Assembly (NCBI GenBank): GCA_949297765.1
Contig: CASFTV010000005.1
Coordinates: forward strand, 2,144-66,143
Direction of reading: 5' to 3'
DNA: 64,000 bases
Source of the DNA: an uncultured bacterium
GTDB taxonomy: Bacteria > Verrucomicrobiota > Lentisphaeria > Victivallales > UBA1829
Shown: positions 18,802-28,447 of the stretch, piece after piece
How positions within the stretch are numbered: position 1 is the first letter of the stretch
Layout of the letters: every line of letters begins with the position of its first letter
The notes under the pieces: model-generated
Told to the model about the DNA's origin: nothing
Database searches by the model: none
What the model saw: only the letters and a program-made list of their open reading frames with translations
Translations under genes and position numbers: made by a program

Positions 18802-19701
18802 TTACGCTTTATGTTTTCTGTTGTTCGGAACTATACTCGCTTTTGCGAAATATTCAAGGCAGAGAGACAATTCTGTCCGCAAATTTTTCCGTTCGATGAT
18901 TTTGTCGATCAACCCCTTCTTCAGCAGGAACTCGGAAGTCTGGAACCCTTCCGGCAGCTGTGCCTGCGTGGTATCCTTGATGACCCGGGGACCCGCAAAA
19001 CCGATCAAGGCTCCGGGTTCGGCGAGAATCAGATCCCCGAGCGACGCATAGCTGGCAGTCACTCCGGCGGTCGTCGGATGGGTCATCACGACAATGTAGG
19101 GCAGATGCGCCGCGGCGTGCCGCTGAAGCGCTCCGCTGGTCTTTGCCATCTGCATGAGACTGATCATTCCTTCATACATCCGCGCTCCGCCGGATGCGGT
19201 CACGATCACGAGCGGAAGCCGGTGCGCCGTGGCGAACTCCACCAGACGGGTCACCTTTTCTCCGACCACCGCCCCCATGCTCGCGCCGAGGAAACGAAAA
19301 TCCATTACGCCCAGCGCATAGTGCCGGCCGTCGAGTTTGGCGTGTCCGCAGATGATGGCGTCGGTCAGCCCCGTCTTCTTCTTGTTGGACTCCAGTTTGG
19401 AGGTGTAGGAGGAGACTCCCTCGAATTTCAGCGTGTCGATGGATTCAACCCCTGCGTCGATCTCCACAAAGGTTCCGGGATCGGTCAGCAGTTCGATCCG
19501 CTTCGGCGCCGGCATCGGATTGTGGTATCCGCAGTGCGGACAGATGTACAGATTGCTTTCCTTCTGCTTGGTGAAAATGGTCGCATCGCATTTTTTGCAT
19601 TTTTCCCAGAGTCCCTCGGGGATGTCTTTGCGCTTCAGGGGTTCCTCCTGTCTGGGAACGGCACTCAGTGTCGAGTATCTCGATTTCTTGAAAAAAGCCA
19701 T
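18802..19701 (-). CDS. accD: Acetyl-CoA carboxylase carboxyltransferase beta subunit
   Basis: N-terminal zinc ribbon CKKC...CPHCGYH; carboxyltransferase motifs GASMGAVVGEK and SGGARMYEG. Confidence 0.95.
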   Translation of the reverse strand: MAFFKKSRYSTLSAVPRQEEPLKRKDIPEGLWEKCKKCDATIFTKQKESNLYICPHCGYHNPMPAPKRIELLTDPGTFVEIDAGVESIDTLKFEGVSSYTSKLESNKKKTGLTDAIICGHAKLDGRHYALGVMDFRFLGASMGAVVGEKVTRLVEFATAHRLPLVIVTASGGARMYEGMISLMQMAKTSGALQRHAAAHLPYIVVMTHPTTAGVTASYASLGDLILAEPGALIGFAGPRVIKDTTQAQLPEGFQTSEFLLKKGLIDKIIERKNLRTELSLCLEYFAKASIVPNNRKHKA

Positions 19702-19703
19702 TT

Positions 19704-20450
19704 TTAGTTCCTTTGTCTTCGGGCGATGACCAGAACGTCCACTCGTGCAGCGCCACTGTTGAGTAAAACTCCGGCCGCCTCGCCGAGCGTGGCGCCGGTC
19801 GTCATAACATCATCCACCAGTAATATACTACGCTTTTCCGCCGCTGTCGAATCAAAAATCGAAAAAGCTCCCCGAATATTTAAATTTCTTTCATTTCTTG
19901 TCAGGAAAGCCTGGCGCGGCGTGCGCCGTTTCCGTCTCAGCATCCGCCGGACGGGGATTCCGGTCCACCGGGAGAGTTCCTCCGCAAACAGCGCGGACTG
20001 ATTGTATCCCCGCCGGAGAAAACGGGTCCAGTGCAGCGGAACCGGGACAACAGCATCATACAGCGATGCGGTCTCCGTAAGCAGTCCCGCCGCAAGACGC
20101 CCCAGCGGACGGGCAAGCTCCGTCCGGCCGCGGTACTTGAAACGGTGAATGCACTCCCGCACCTCATCCGTATAGTTGAAAAGAGCATACGCCCGGGTCC
20201 ACGGCGGTTTCGGCGCATTCATGCAGTCGGTGCACGACTCGAAGATTCCGTCCGCTTCCGCTCCGCAGGTCCGGCAGACCTTTCCCCGGATCATCGGCAT
20301 CCGCTTCAGGCACTCCGTGCAGAACATGTTCGCGCTTCCGTCGAACGGAATCCCCTTTCCGCAGAGCGGGCAGAGCAGCGGCAGGAACGCGGAAATCCAT
20401 TCCGGAAAGCGTCCGGAAACCCTGCGCGGCCCCGCCGCCACCGGACTCAC
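19704..20450 (-). CDS. comF: ComF family protein (phosphoribosyltransferase domain)
   Basis: Two CxxC pairs at the N-terminus; the C-terminal PRTase motif ILLVDDVMTTGATL. Confidence 0.85.
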   Translation of the reverse strand: MSPVAAGPRRVSGRFPEWISAFLPLLCPLCGKGIPFDGSANMFCTECLKRMPMIRGKVCRTCGAEADGIFESCTDCMNAPKPPWTRAYALFNYTDEVRECIHRFKYRGRTELARPLGRLAAGLLTETASLYDAVVPVPLHWTRFLRRGYNQSALFAEELSRWTGIPVRRMLRRKRRTPRQAFLTRNERNLNIRGAFSIFDSTAAEKRSILLVDDVMTTGATLGEAAGVLLNSGAARVDVLVIARRQRN

Positions 20451-21463
20451 CGGCCGGTCAGGACTTCGGCGATCTGAACCGCGTTCAGCGCCGCCCCCTT
20501 GAGGAGCTGGTCGCCGGAAACAAAGAGTTCCAGACCGCGTTTGTCGTTCCGGGAAATATCCTGCCGGATGCGCCCGACGATCACGTCGAATTTCCCGGTT
20601 GCGTCAATCGGCATCGGATAGATCTTGTTCGCGGGATCGTCCCGGACCACGACGCCCGGCGCCTGGGAAAGGATCTCGCGCGCCTCATCCGGCGTGATCT
20701 CCTGTTCGAATTCCAGATTCAGCGACTCCGAATGCGCTCTCATCACCGGCACCCGGACGCTCGTGCAGGAGAGCATCAGACCCGGAATGTGCATGATCTT
20801 GCGCGTTTCGTTCACCATTTTCAGCTCTTCCTTCGTATATCCGTTCGGCTGGAAGGAGTCGATGTGGGGGAAGAGGTTGAATGCGATCTGCTGGGCCATG
20901 ACCTTTGCCTCGACCCGTTCCGCGCCGTTGAGGACTTCGCGGGTCTGATCGAGCAGCTCCTGCATCGCGGGAGCGCCGCCGCCCGAAGCGGCCTGATATG
21001 TGGAAGCGATCAGGCGCTTGAGTCCTTTCGCCTTGTGCAGGGGATACACGGCAACGGCCATGATCGCGGTCGTGCAGTTCGGATTGGCGATCACGCCGTG
21101 GTGCAGAAACGCATCTTCCGGATTGATCTCGGGAATCACCAGCGGCACATCGTCCTCCATGCGGAACGCGCTGGAATTGTCGATCATGACGCACCCGGCA
21201 TCAACGCAGGCCTGACGGTAGAGTTTGGAGATATCGGATCCGGCGCTGAAAAGAGCGATGTCAACGCCCTTGAAGGATTCCGGCGTCATTTCTTCGATTG
21301 TGATCTCCTCGCCGTTGAACTTCACTTTTTTTCCGGCGGAACGCGCGGAGGCAAGCAGCTTAATGGAGGCAATCGGAAAATTTCTCTTCTCCAGGGTCTT
21401 GATCATTTCGACGCCGACGGCACCGGTGGCGCCGGCGACAGCCACATTCACAGGTCTTCCCAT
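20447..21463 (-). CDS. asd: Aspartate-semialdehyde dehydrogenase
   Basis: VAVAGATGAVG Rossmann motif, active-site region NPNCTT, 338 aa. GGGAGAA lies upstream of the ATG. Confidence 0.95.
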   Translation of the reverse strand: MGRPVNVAVAGATGAVGVEMIKTLEKRNFPIASIKLLASARSAGKKVKFNGEEITIEEMTPESFKGVDIALFSAGSDISKLYRQACVDAGCVMIDNSSAFRMEDDVPLVIPEINPEDAFLHHGVIANPNCTTAIMAVAVYPLHKAKGLKRLIASTYQAASGGGAPAMQELLDQTREVLNGAERVEAKVMAQQIAFNLFPHIDSFQPNGYTKEELKMVNETRKIMHIPGLMLSCTSVRVPVMRAHSESLNLEFEQEITPDEAREILSQAPGVVVRDDPANKIYPMPIDATGKFDVIVGRIRQDISRNDKRGLELFVSGDQLLKGAALNAVQIAEVLTGR

Positions 21464-21700
21464 TTTTTTTGATTCTCCCTCAAAATGTCAGGTTGGGTGG
21501 TTTCCTCCGGTGCCGGCCCTTCCACGGCTCCGGTACATCTGGATAATTTACACGCTTATCGCGGAAAATGCAAGTTTCCGCTGTCAAAAGCCACCGATTC
21601 CCTCCTCCGGGAAACCGGACTTCCGCCCGGGAAACGCCAGCCGGAATACCGCTTTTTCATAAAAAAATCAAAAACCGCCGGTTTTTCCGGAGCTTTTTTC

Positions 21701-21729
21701 TTGCTTTTAATGCATTTCCGTGCTAGAAT
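21701..21729 (+). promoter_or_regulatory. Candidate sigma70 promoter with extended -10 for lysA-mreB
   Basis: TTGCTT (21701-21706), 17-nt spacer, TGcTAGAAT (-10 at 21724-21729). Confidence 0.45.
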
Positions 21730-21760
21730 ACTGTAAATATCGTGAAGAATGGAGTTTTTT

Positions 21761-23029
21761 ATGGAAATCAGGAACGGGCAAATTTTCATCGGCGGAGTTT
21801 CCGTTGATGAAATCGCCGAAAGATACGGAACCCCCACCTACGTTTACGACGAAGCAAAAATCCGCGCCAACTACCGGGAAGTCCGGCAGACGTTTGAAAA
21901 ATACTATCCCGATTTCAAAATGTTCTATGCGGTGAAATGCTGCAACAATCCGGCGATCGTCAACATTCTCCGGCAGGAGGGGGCGGGAGCGGACTGCGCC
22001 AGCGTCAACGAAATTCTTCTGGCAAAAAGCGTCGGCCTCTCCGGGGAAAATGTGATGTTCAGCGGGAATTTTCTCTCCGATGAGGATATCCGGCAGGGAC
22101 TGGAATCCGGAGTGATTTTCAATCTTGACGATATCTCCATTCTGCCGCGTCTTCTGCGGTTCGGGACCCCGGAGCTGCTGTCGTTCCGGATCAACCCCGG
22201 ATACGGGAAGAGCAACGTGGGCGATTTTGTCACCAATGCGGGACCCGGAGCGAAATTCGGCATTCATCCCGACAAGGTGATGGAGGCCTACCGCATGGCC
22301 AGAGAGGCCGGCGTCAAACGCTTCGGCGCCCACATGATGACCGGCTCCTGCATTACAGATGCAGAGTATTTCCCGTTTGTGACGGGACTGCTGATGGATA
22401 TCATCGGCAAAGTCTCCAAAGAACTCGGGATCGACTTTGAATTTGTGGATCTCGGCGGCGGACTCGGAATCCCGTACAAACCGGGAGAGCCGGCGCTTGA
22501 CCTGGAACAGGCCGCACGCCTCACCGCGGAGATGTTCCGCCGGAAAGCGGAAGAATATGGAATGAGGAAACCGCAGCTTAAACTGGAACCGGCACGGTAT
22601 TTTGTCGGGAACGCGGGCTGGCTGATCGGACGGGTCCATTCGATCAAGGAGTCATACCGGAAAATCGTCGGGACCGACATCGGGATGAATACACTGGCAC
22701 GCCCGGCGATGTACGGATCCTATCACCATATTTATGTGAACGGCAAGGAAAACTGTCCGCGAGAGACGCTCGGGCTCTGCGGACAGCTTTGTGAAAATAC
22801 CGACTTCTGGGTCAAGGAGCGCGAGCTGCCCGCCAATATTGCCGAAGGCGATCTTGTTGTGGTGGAGAACGCGGGAGCATACGGATTCGGCATGAGCTAT
22901 CAGTACAACGGCCGTCTCCGTCCTGCGGAAGTGCTGATCCATGACGGCAGCTGCGAGCTGATCCGCGACCGGGAGGTGTTCGAGGACATGGTCCGCCATA
23001 CCCATGTCCCCGCCCGTCTAACGAAATAA
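21761..23029 (+). CDS. lysA: Diaminopimelate decarboxylase (alternative start at 21749)
   Basis: YAVKCCNNPAIVNIL (PLP lysine region) and GGGLGIPY. GGAG lies 6 nt upstream of the ATG at 21761; the ORF also has an ATG at 21749. Confidence 0.95.
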   Translation: MEIRNGQIFIGGVSVDEIAERYGTPTYVYDEAKIRANYREVRQTFEKYYPDFKMFYAVKCCNNPAIVNILRQEGAGADCASVNEILLAKSVGLSGENVMFSGNFLSDEDIRQGLESGVIFNLDDISILPRLLRFGTPELLSFRINPGYGKSNVGDFVTNAGPGAKFGIHPDKVMEAYRMAREAGVKRFGAHMMTGSCITDAEYFPFVTGLLMDIIGKVSKELGIDFEFVDLGGGLGIPYKPGEPALDLEQAARLTAEMFRRKAEEYGMRKPQLKLEPARYFVGNAGWLIGRVHSIKESYRKIVGTDIGMNTLARPAMYGSYHHIYVNGKENCPRETLGLCGQLCENTDFWVKERELPANIAEGDLVVVENAGAYGFGMSYQYNGRLRPAEVLIHDGSCELIRDREVFEDMVRHTHVPARLTK

Positions 23030-23053
23030 CTGTAGGAATCGGAGAGGAAAACG

Positions 23054-24100
23054 ATGCTTCGACAAAAACTGGCAAGATTTTTATCAAGCGATATCGGAAT
23101 CGACCTTGGGACAGCCAACTGTCTGGTCTATCTGAAAGACAGAGGCATCGTGCTTTCCGAGCCATCCGTGGTCGCGATCAGCAAAAACACGCACGAGGCA
23201 CTCGCAGTCGGCGACGACGCGAAGAAAATGCTCGGCAGAACCCCGGAAAACATCATGGCCCTGCGGCCGATGAAATACGGCGTGATCGCGGATTTCGAAA
23301 CGACCGAAGTCATGCTCCGCCATTTTATTGAGAAAGCGAAGCTGATTCTTCCTCCGCGAAGCCGTCTGATCCGTCCGCGGGTGCTGATCGCAGTACCGTC
23401 GGGCATCACGGAGGTGGAGACACGCGCAGTCAAAGACAGCGCGGAACGCGCCGGCGCCGGAGACATCTTCCTGATCGAAGAACCGATGGCCTCCGCCATC
23501 GGAGTCGGGCTGCCCGTTTCGGAACCGACCGGCAGCATGATCGTGGATATCGGCGGAGGAACGACGGAGGTGGCGGTCATCTCCCTCGCCGGAATCGTGG
23601 AAAAGAAAAGCGTGCGCGTCGGCGGCGACGAGATGGACGAAGCCATCTCCCAGCACCTGAAACGCGTCTACAACCTGATCATCGGCGCGAGAACCGCCGA
23701 GGATATCAAAATCCGGATCGGCAGCGCCTATCCCGACGAAGACGACCAGGAGATCTTCCTGGAGGTCAAAGGAATCGACCTTGTCTCCCGGATGCCGAAA
23801 GCGATCAACGTCTCTTCGCACGAGATCCGGGCAGCGCTTCAGGAACCGGTCACAAGCATTGTGGAGGCGGTGCGCGGAACTCTGGAAAAATGCCCTCCGG
23901 AACTGGCGTCCGACCTGATCGACCGGGGAATCATGCTCGCCGGCGGAGGCTCTCTGCTGCGCGGACTCGACCGGCTGATTTCGGAAGAAACAGGGCTTCC
24001 GGTCTTTGTTGCCGAAGATCCTCTGAAGGCGGTTGCAAACGGAACGGGCATCGTCCTCCAGGAAATGGACAACATGGCAATGGCCCTCTCCAAACACTGA
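23054..24100 (+). CDS. mreB: Rod shape-determining protein MreB
   Basis: [28 protein letters not shown] and [15 protein letters not shown], actin-like ATPase motifs. Confidence 0.95.
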   Translation: MLRQKLARFLSSDIGIDLGTANCLVYLKDRGIVLSEPSVVAISKNTHEALAVGDDAKKMLGRTPENIMALRPMKYGVIADFETTEVMLRHFIEKAKLILPPRSRLIRPRVLIAVPSGITEVETRAVKDSAERAGAGDIFLIEEPMASAIGVGLPVSEPTGSMIVDIGGGTTEVAVISLAGIVEKKSVRVGGDEMDEAISQHLKRVYNLIIGARTAEDIKIRIGSAYPDEDDQEIFLEVKGIDLVSRMPKAINVSSHEIRAALQEPVTSIVEAVRGTLEKCPPELASDLIDRGIMLAGGGSLLRGLDRLISEETGLPVFVAEDPLKAVANGTGIVLQEMDNMAMALSKH

Positions 24101-24136
24101 TCCGCCGCGACAGAAAAGCCCCCTTTCCCATTCTAC

Positions 24137-24228
24137 GGAAAAATGCTGCCGCATTTTTCCCGGGTCAAGGACAGGGTGTCCTTGTCGCGGTCCAGCGGCG
24201 AGACGCTGGTCGTGCGGAGCACGAAATC
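24137..24228 (+). repeat. Four-hairpin repeated element, copy 1 (candidate structured RNA / REP-like element)
   Basis: H1 is GGAAAAATGC/GCATTTTTCC. H2 is CAAGGACA/TGTCCTTG. H3 is CCAGCG/CGCTGG. H4 is TCGTGC/GCACGA. The 3' 46 nt are identical to the reverse complement of 51036-51081 apart from 1 mismatch. Confidence 0.6.
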
Positions 24229-24275
24229 CCCGCCGACGCCATCAACCGCCATCCCGGAGGCTGCAACGAAGAAGT

Positions 24276-26036
24276 TCAGCGCCAGCTTTCACAGACGGCC
24301 TGAAGGAAAACGCCTTCACCGGTACAGAACCAGGGATGCTGCCCGGCCTCATAAATTTCAAACACCTCCGAAAAACATCCGGTTTCGCGGGCGGCCTGTT
24401 CGAGAACCGCCTTTGCCTTTTCCCCCTCTCCGAGCCTGCGAAACACGACGGCTTTCCAGCCGGCATACCATGTACAGAGGGATTTCCCGAGCGGATACAT
24501 ATTCCCGAACGTTTCCTCGGAAGCACAGAACTTTGCAATGGAGACGCGCTGTCTGGGATCTTCCGCGGGAAGATTCCCATAAGGGAAAATCCCGCTGAAC
24601 AGGCCGATGCTCTGATCGGGACAACCCGGATAAGGGAGATAGGCCTGGTCATCCTGCGGAAGGGTTTCCATCAGTTTTTCTGCCAGGGAGCGCCAGCGGA
24701 GGCGCTGTTCGGAATCGAGATCAAGAAGTTCTGCGGCCTCCGCGGCGACACGGAAGGTGGCGATCACGCCGCAGGTGGTCATGAAAGCATTTTCCCGGGC
24801 GGCGCCGAGACGCTCGAGATCCGTGCACTTCCCGACGATGAAACGTCCCTTTTCTTTTTCATCGACGGAGAAAATCCGATAGAACTCGGCACATCCGCGA
24901 ATCATGGGATAGACCTCCCGGAGAAAGCCGGAATCCTCGCCGTTTCCGGAACAGTGCCATGCGCCGAGCGCGATGTTGGCCATATGGAAGATATGCTCCA
25001 GCCAGAACCCGACGGGCGCCCCCTCAAGGCCGGGCAGTTCGACACTTTCCCAAAGGAAGCGGGCGGCATCGCCATCGCCTTTTGTATCGAAATAAGCATA
25101 AGCCCTCCTCCGGGCGGCATCCAGATGGGAGAGGCGGAAACGGACGATCTTCCGCGCCAGATGACGATGACCGGAAGCAAGAAGTCCTTCCAGGGCAAAG
25201 AATTCGTCGAACGCGAAATAACGTCCGCCCCAGTGAGAGGGGTAGATTCCGACCGGGATCGACCATTCTGTCGAGGAAATCCGGAGATGATACTCCGAAG
25301 TTCTTGCGACCTGCCGCACTTTTTCAGGCAGTTTTTCCGCAGGCAGAGTCGACTCCGCCCAGAACTCCGCCCACGCGGCGGAATGGGAAGAGCGGATCTC
25401 CTCTTCGGAACAGGAACGGGCAAATGCTTCGGCCTTCTCGTCAAACGCAAGGAAAAAGACCGTTTCCGGCGAAACAGTTTTTAGGCGGATTTCCGAACCG
25501 GACCGCTCCGCCGTCACAGAGGGATCGGGAGAAAAGAAGGAAATCGTTCCCCGCATTTCCGACAATCCGTCGATCTCATAGGCGGTTCCGGTATCGGAGA
25601 GCGGAACGGTCTTTGTCCGTCTCGGGCCGAAAGAGGAAACCATGCACAGAGCATCCGCACCACGGATCTCCTTGCGGATCACCACCAGATTGTACTTCAG
25701 ATGACAATACACAAGCGAACGCACACTCGCCCCGTTCTCATACACGCAGACGGATTCGGAAAGAGCCTCCGTCAGATGAAAGGTCTGGCTCCATGAAACG
25801 ACCGCCCCGGCATTCTCAAGACGGTGTTCGAAAAAACCGAACGGGACCAGCGGAAATCCCGGCGAATCGTAGCGGAAACCGGCACGCCAGAGACCGCTTT
25901 CGATCTGCCCTTCACAATAACTCCGCGGCAGACATCCGCCTGTGTAATCGACCAGCATGGAAAGATCTCCATTCCCAAGCGCAAGCGGACAGTAACGATT
26001 CCGCTTCTCCGTTTCATTTGTACATGTCAGCTTCAT
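24276..26036 (-). CDS. Hypothetical protein, possibly a six-hairpin (alpha/alpha toroid) glycosidase-like enzyme
   Basis: 586-aa ORF divergent from an AraC regulator, with no signal peptide. The helix-rich C-terminal two thirds (FDEFFALEGLLASGHRHLARKIV..., GNMYPLGKSLCTWYAGW) are reminiscent of (alpha/alpha)6 glycosidases. The family was not recognised. Confidence 0.45.
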   Translation of the reverse strand: MKLTCTNETEKRNRYCPLALGNGDLSMLVDYTGGCLPRSYCEGQIESGLWRAGFRYDSPGFPLVPFGFFEHRLENAGAVVSWSQTFHLTEALSESVCVYENGASVRSLVYCHLKYNLVVIRKEIRGADALCMVSSFGPRRTKTVPLSDTGTAYEIDGLSEMRGTISFFSPDPSVTAERSGSEIRLKTVSPETVFFLAFDEKAEAFARSCSEEEIRSSHSAAWAEFWAESTLPAEKLPEKVRQVARTSEYHLRISSTEWSIPVGIYPSHWGGRYFAFDEFFALEGLLASGHRHLARKIVRFRLSHLDAARRRAYAYFDTKGDGDAARFLWESVELPGLEGAPVGFWLEHIFHMANIALGAWHCSGNGEDSGFLREVYPMIRGCAEFYRIFSVDEKEKGRFIVGKCTDLERLGAARENAFMTTCGVIATFRVAAEAAELLDLDSEQRLRWRSLAEKLMETLPQDDQAYLPYPGCPDQSIGLFSGIFPYGNLPAEDPRQRVSIAKFCASEETFGNMYPLGKSLCTWYAGWKAVVFRRLGEGEKAKAVLEQAARETGCFSEVFEIYEAGQHPWFCTGEGVFLQAVCESWR

Positions 26037-26105
26037 AGCAGTCCTCTCTTGTATTCATCTGTATTCATCATTTCCAGAAATATACAAAAAATACTCTTTC
26101 AAGAC

Positions 26106-26134
26106 TTGAAAACAAGTAGAAAAAGAATTATTCT
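26106..26134 (+). promoter_or_regulatory. Weak candidate promoter for the AraC-family gene
   Basis: TTGAAA (26106-26111), 17-nt spacer, TATTCT (26129-26134), in an AT-rich divergent intergenic region. Confidence 0.25.
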
Positions 26135-26178
26135 ATACAACAACAGCCCATAATCCATACAACAACGGAGAACGGAAA

Positions 26179-27021
26179 TTGGGGAACGGGGATTTTCAAT
26201 TTCTGTCCATTCATTTCTGGCACGGGACGGAAGAGTTTGAACCGTGCTTTTATCCCTACTGCGTGGAAGAGGCGGAACGGGACCAGGCGAAGCCGTTCCG
26301 GACAGCGGGACAGGATTTTCTGATCGCCGCCCTCCTCCTGTCCGGCGAACTGCAGTATGAATTCGGGCAGGAGAAGATCATTCTCCGCCCCGGCGAGTTG
26401 CTTCTGATTCCACCGGGCACCGCCTATTGCTTCGGAACGGATGCCAACCGGCCGGGCTACCGGAAACTGGTGCTTGAAATCTCGGGCAGGAATCTGGAGC
26501 AGGAACTGCGGACACTGAATCTGATCCGCCCGGTTCACCGGAAAGGAGTGAATTCCGCGGAACTTGCCGTCCGAATCCGGGAGCTCGGATCGCGGATGGA
26601 CGAAGGAGCTGCGCATTTCGCGGAACTGGTGGGCCGGACAACCGAACTACTTTACACCTTCCGGGAGAACCGGCGGAAACGGACAGGCGGACGCTTCCGC
26701 CGAGCACAGGACGTGATTGAGACATCGCTTTCAGAAGCTGTGAATGTGGGGCATCTGGCGGAACGTCTTCACATAGCGCGGTCCACGCTCGGACGTCTTT
26801 TCCGTCAGGAGACCGGCAGTTCACCACGCGAATACTGGATCCGTCGGAAGTTCCACCGGGCATGCTACTATCTTTCCGGAACGGATCTTTCCATCAAGGA
26901 GATTGCCGCCCTTCTGGGATATTCCTCCCAGTTCCACTTTTCAGGAGAATTCCGGAAACGGAGCGGACTTTCCCCGCGGGAATACCGGAAAAATGAGAAA
27001 ATCAAATACGAAAAAGCGTAA
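26179..27021 (+). CDS. AraC family transcriptional regulator (cupin plus HTH)
   Basis: C-terminal AraC HTH: LAERLHIARSTLGRLFRQETGSSPREY...IKEIAALLGYSSQFHFSGEFRKRSGLSPREYR. The ORF begins with TTG. Confidence 0.9.
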   Translation: MGNGDFQFLSIHFWHGTEEFEPCFYPYCVEEAERDQAKPFRTAGQDFLIAALLLSGELQYEFGQEKIILRPGELLLIPPGTAYCFGTDANRPGYRKLVLEISGRNLEQELRTLNLIRPVHRKGVNSAELAVRIRELGSRMDEGAAHFAELVGRTTELLYTFRENRRKRTGGRFRRAQDVIETSLSEAVNVGHLAERLHIARSTLGRLFRQETGSSPREYWIRRKFHRACYYLSGTDLSIKEIAALLGYSSQFHFSGEFRKRSGLSPREYRKNEKIKYEKA

Positions 27022-27112
27022 AAGAGGAGAAAAATTCATAAAATTTAATTGTTTACACTTGCATTTTAGCACTTCTGGAGTCACAGTGTATTAAAACGAA
27101 AGGAGCCGGACG

Positions 27113-28423
27113 ATGAAAACGTATGTTCTTGATACCAATGTTCTGCTGTACAGTGCTCAGGCGCTGGAGTCATTCGAAGACAACCGGGTCGTAATCCCGA
27201 TGGCGGTCATCGAAGAACTCGACAAATTCAAGAAGCATCAGGATGAACTCGGACGCAACGCCCGCCAGGTGATCCGCCGCCTGGACGACCTCCGGAAAAA
27301 GGGAAGCCTCTTCAACGGAGTCCCGCTGGACAACGGGAACGGAAAACCGGCAGGGACTCTTCAGGTGATCGCCGGATCCGGGCCGGTGGTCGAAGGAATG
27401 GACATGAGCCAGCCGGACAACCGCATTCTGCGGGTGGCCTACCAGCTTCACAAAGAGGACCCGAAAAAAATCGTCATTCTGATTTCGAAGGACATCAATC
27501 TTCGTCTGAAGGCGGACAGCCTCGGAATCGCAGTGGAGGACTTCGAACGCCAGCGCGTCAATTTCGACGAACTGTTCTCCGGAGAACGGGAGCTGGACGT
27601 GCCGGCGGCCGCCATCGACGAATTCTACAAGAACGGCTTCATCGAAATCGAAGATCCCCTCTATCCGAACGAATTCGCCGTTCTGCGGGACGAGAACAAA
27701 CGTTCCGCGCTCGGCTGGAAACGCGGGAAACGAATCGAAACCATTCCGCATGAATATTCCGACAAGGCATGGAACATCACCCCCCGCAGCAAGGAACAGC
27801 GGATGGCGCTGACCGTTCTGATGGATCCTTCGATCCAGGTGGTGACCCTGGTCGGTCAGGCGGGATCCGGCAAAACCCTTCTGGCGCTCGCCGCCGCCCT
27901 GGAGTGCACGCTGCAGCGCAATCAGTTCGACCGCATTCTGGTCTCCCGCCCGATCATTCCGATGGGAAACGATCTCGGCTATCTTCCGGGAAGCAAGGAC
28001 GAAAAACTCGATGTCTGGATGCAGCCGATCTACGACAATCTGGAATACCTCCTCCGCAACGACAAACACGACATCCAGGTCGTGCGGCGGCAGATCGACG
28101 AACTCAAACGCACCCGCAAGCTCGAACTTGAGGCGCTGACCTACATCCGCGGACGGAGCATCCCCAAACAGTTTGTGATCGTCGACGAGGCGCAGAACCT
28201 GACGCCGCACGAGGTGAAAACCATCGTCAGCCGCGCCGGAGAAGGCACGAAAATGATCCTGACCGGCGACCCCTACCAGATCGACAACGTCTATCTGGAT
28301 TCCTGCAGCAACGGTCTTTCCTACATTGTAGACCGCTTCAAGGCTCTGCCGCTCCACGGACACATCACACTCCGCAAGAGCGAACGCAGTCCGCTTGCGG
28401 CGGCTGCCGCCGAGCTGCTCTGA
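27113..28423 (+). CDS. PIN-domain / PhoH-like ATPase (YlaK family)
   Basis: N-terminal PIN segment YVLDTNVLL; Walker A GQAGSGKTLLALAAA; PhoH motifs VIVDEAQNLTP and TGDPYQID. AAAGGAG lies 7 nt upstream. Confidence 0.9.
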   Translation: MKTYVLDTNVLLYSAQALESFEDNRVVIPMAVIEELDKFKKHQDELGRNARQVIRRLDDLRKKGSLFNGVPLDNGNGKPAGTLQVIAGSGPVVEGMDMSQPDNRILRVAYQLHKEDPKKIVILISKDINLRLKADSLGIAVEDFERQRVNFDELFSGERELDVPAAAIDEFYKNGFIEIEDPLYPNEFAVLRDENKRSALGWKRGKRIETIPHEYSDKAWNITPRSKEQRMALTVLMDPSIQVVTLVGQAGSGKTLLALAAALECTLQRNQFDRILVSRPIIPMGNDLGYLPGSKDEKLDVWMQPIYDNLEYLLRNDKHDIQVVRRQIDELKRTRKLELEALTYIRGRSIPKQFVIVDEAQNLTPHEVKTIVSRAGEGTKMILTGDPYQIDNVYLDSCSNGLSYIVDRFKALPLHGHITLRKSERSPLAAAAAELL

Positions 28424-28447
28424 AATCCGATCTGCCGGGGAAAAGAG

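Noticed and set aside
21464-21748. Possible lysine riboswitch (L-box) in the divergent asd / lysA intergenic region.
   Set aside because: I could not find the conserved L-box core segments or a convincing multi-stem junction. The predicted promoter leaves only a ~25-nt leader before lysA.
24143-24598. ORFs at 24143..24598 (+) and 50932..51315 (-) share the peptide SRSSGETLVVRSTKSP, which could suggest a conserved small protein.
   Set aside because: The shared peptide is the translation of the conserved double-hairpin core of the repeated element. Outside the core the two ORFs are unrelated and overlap real genes or intergenic DNA. The differences between the copies preserve base pairing rather than codons.
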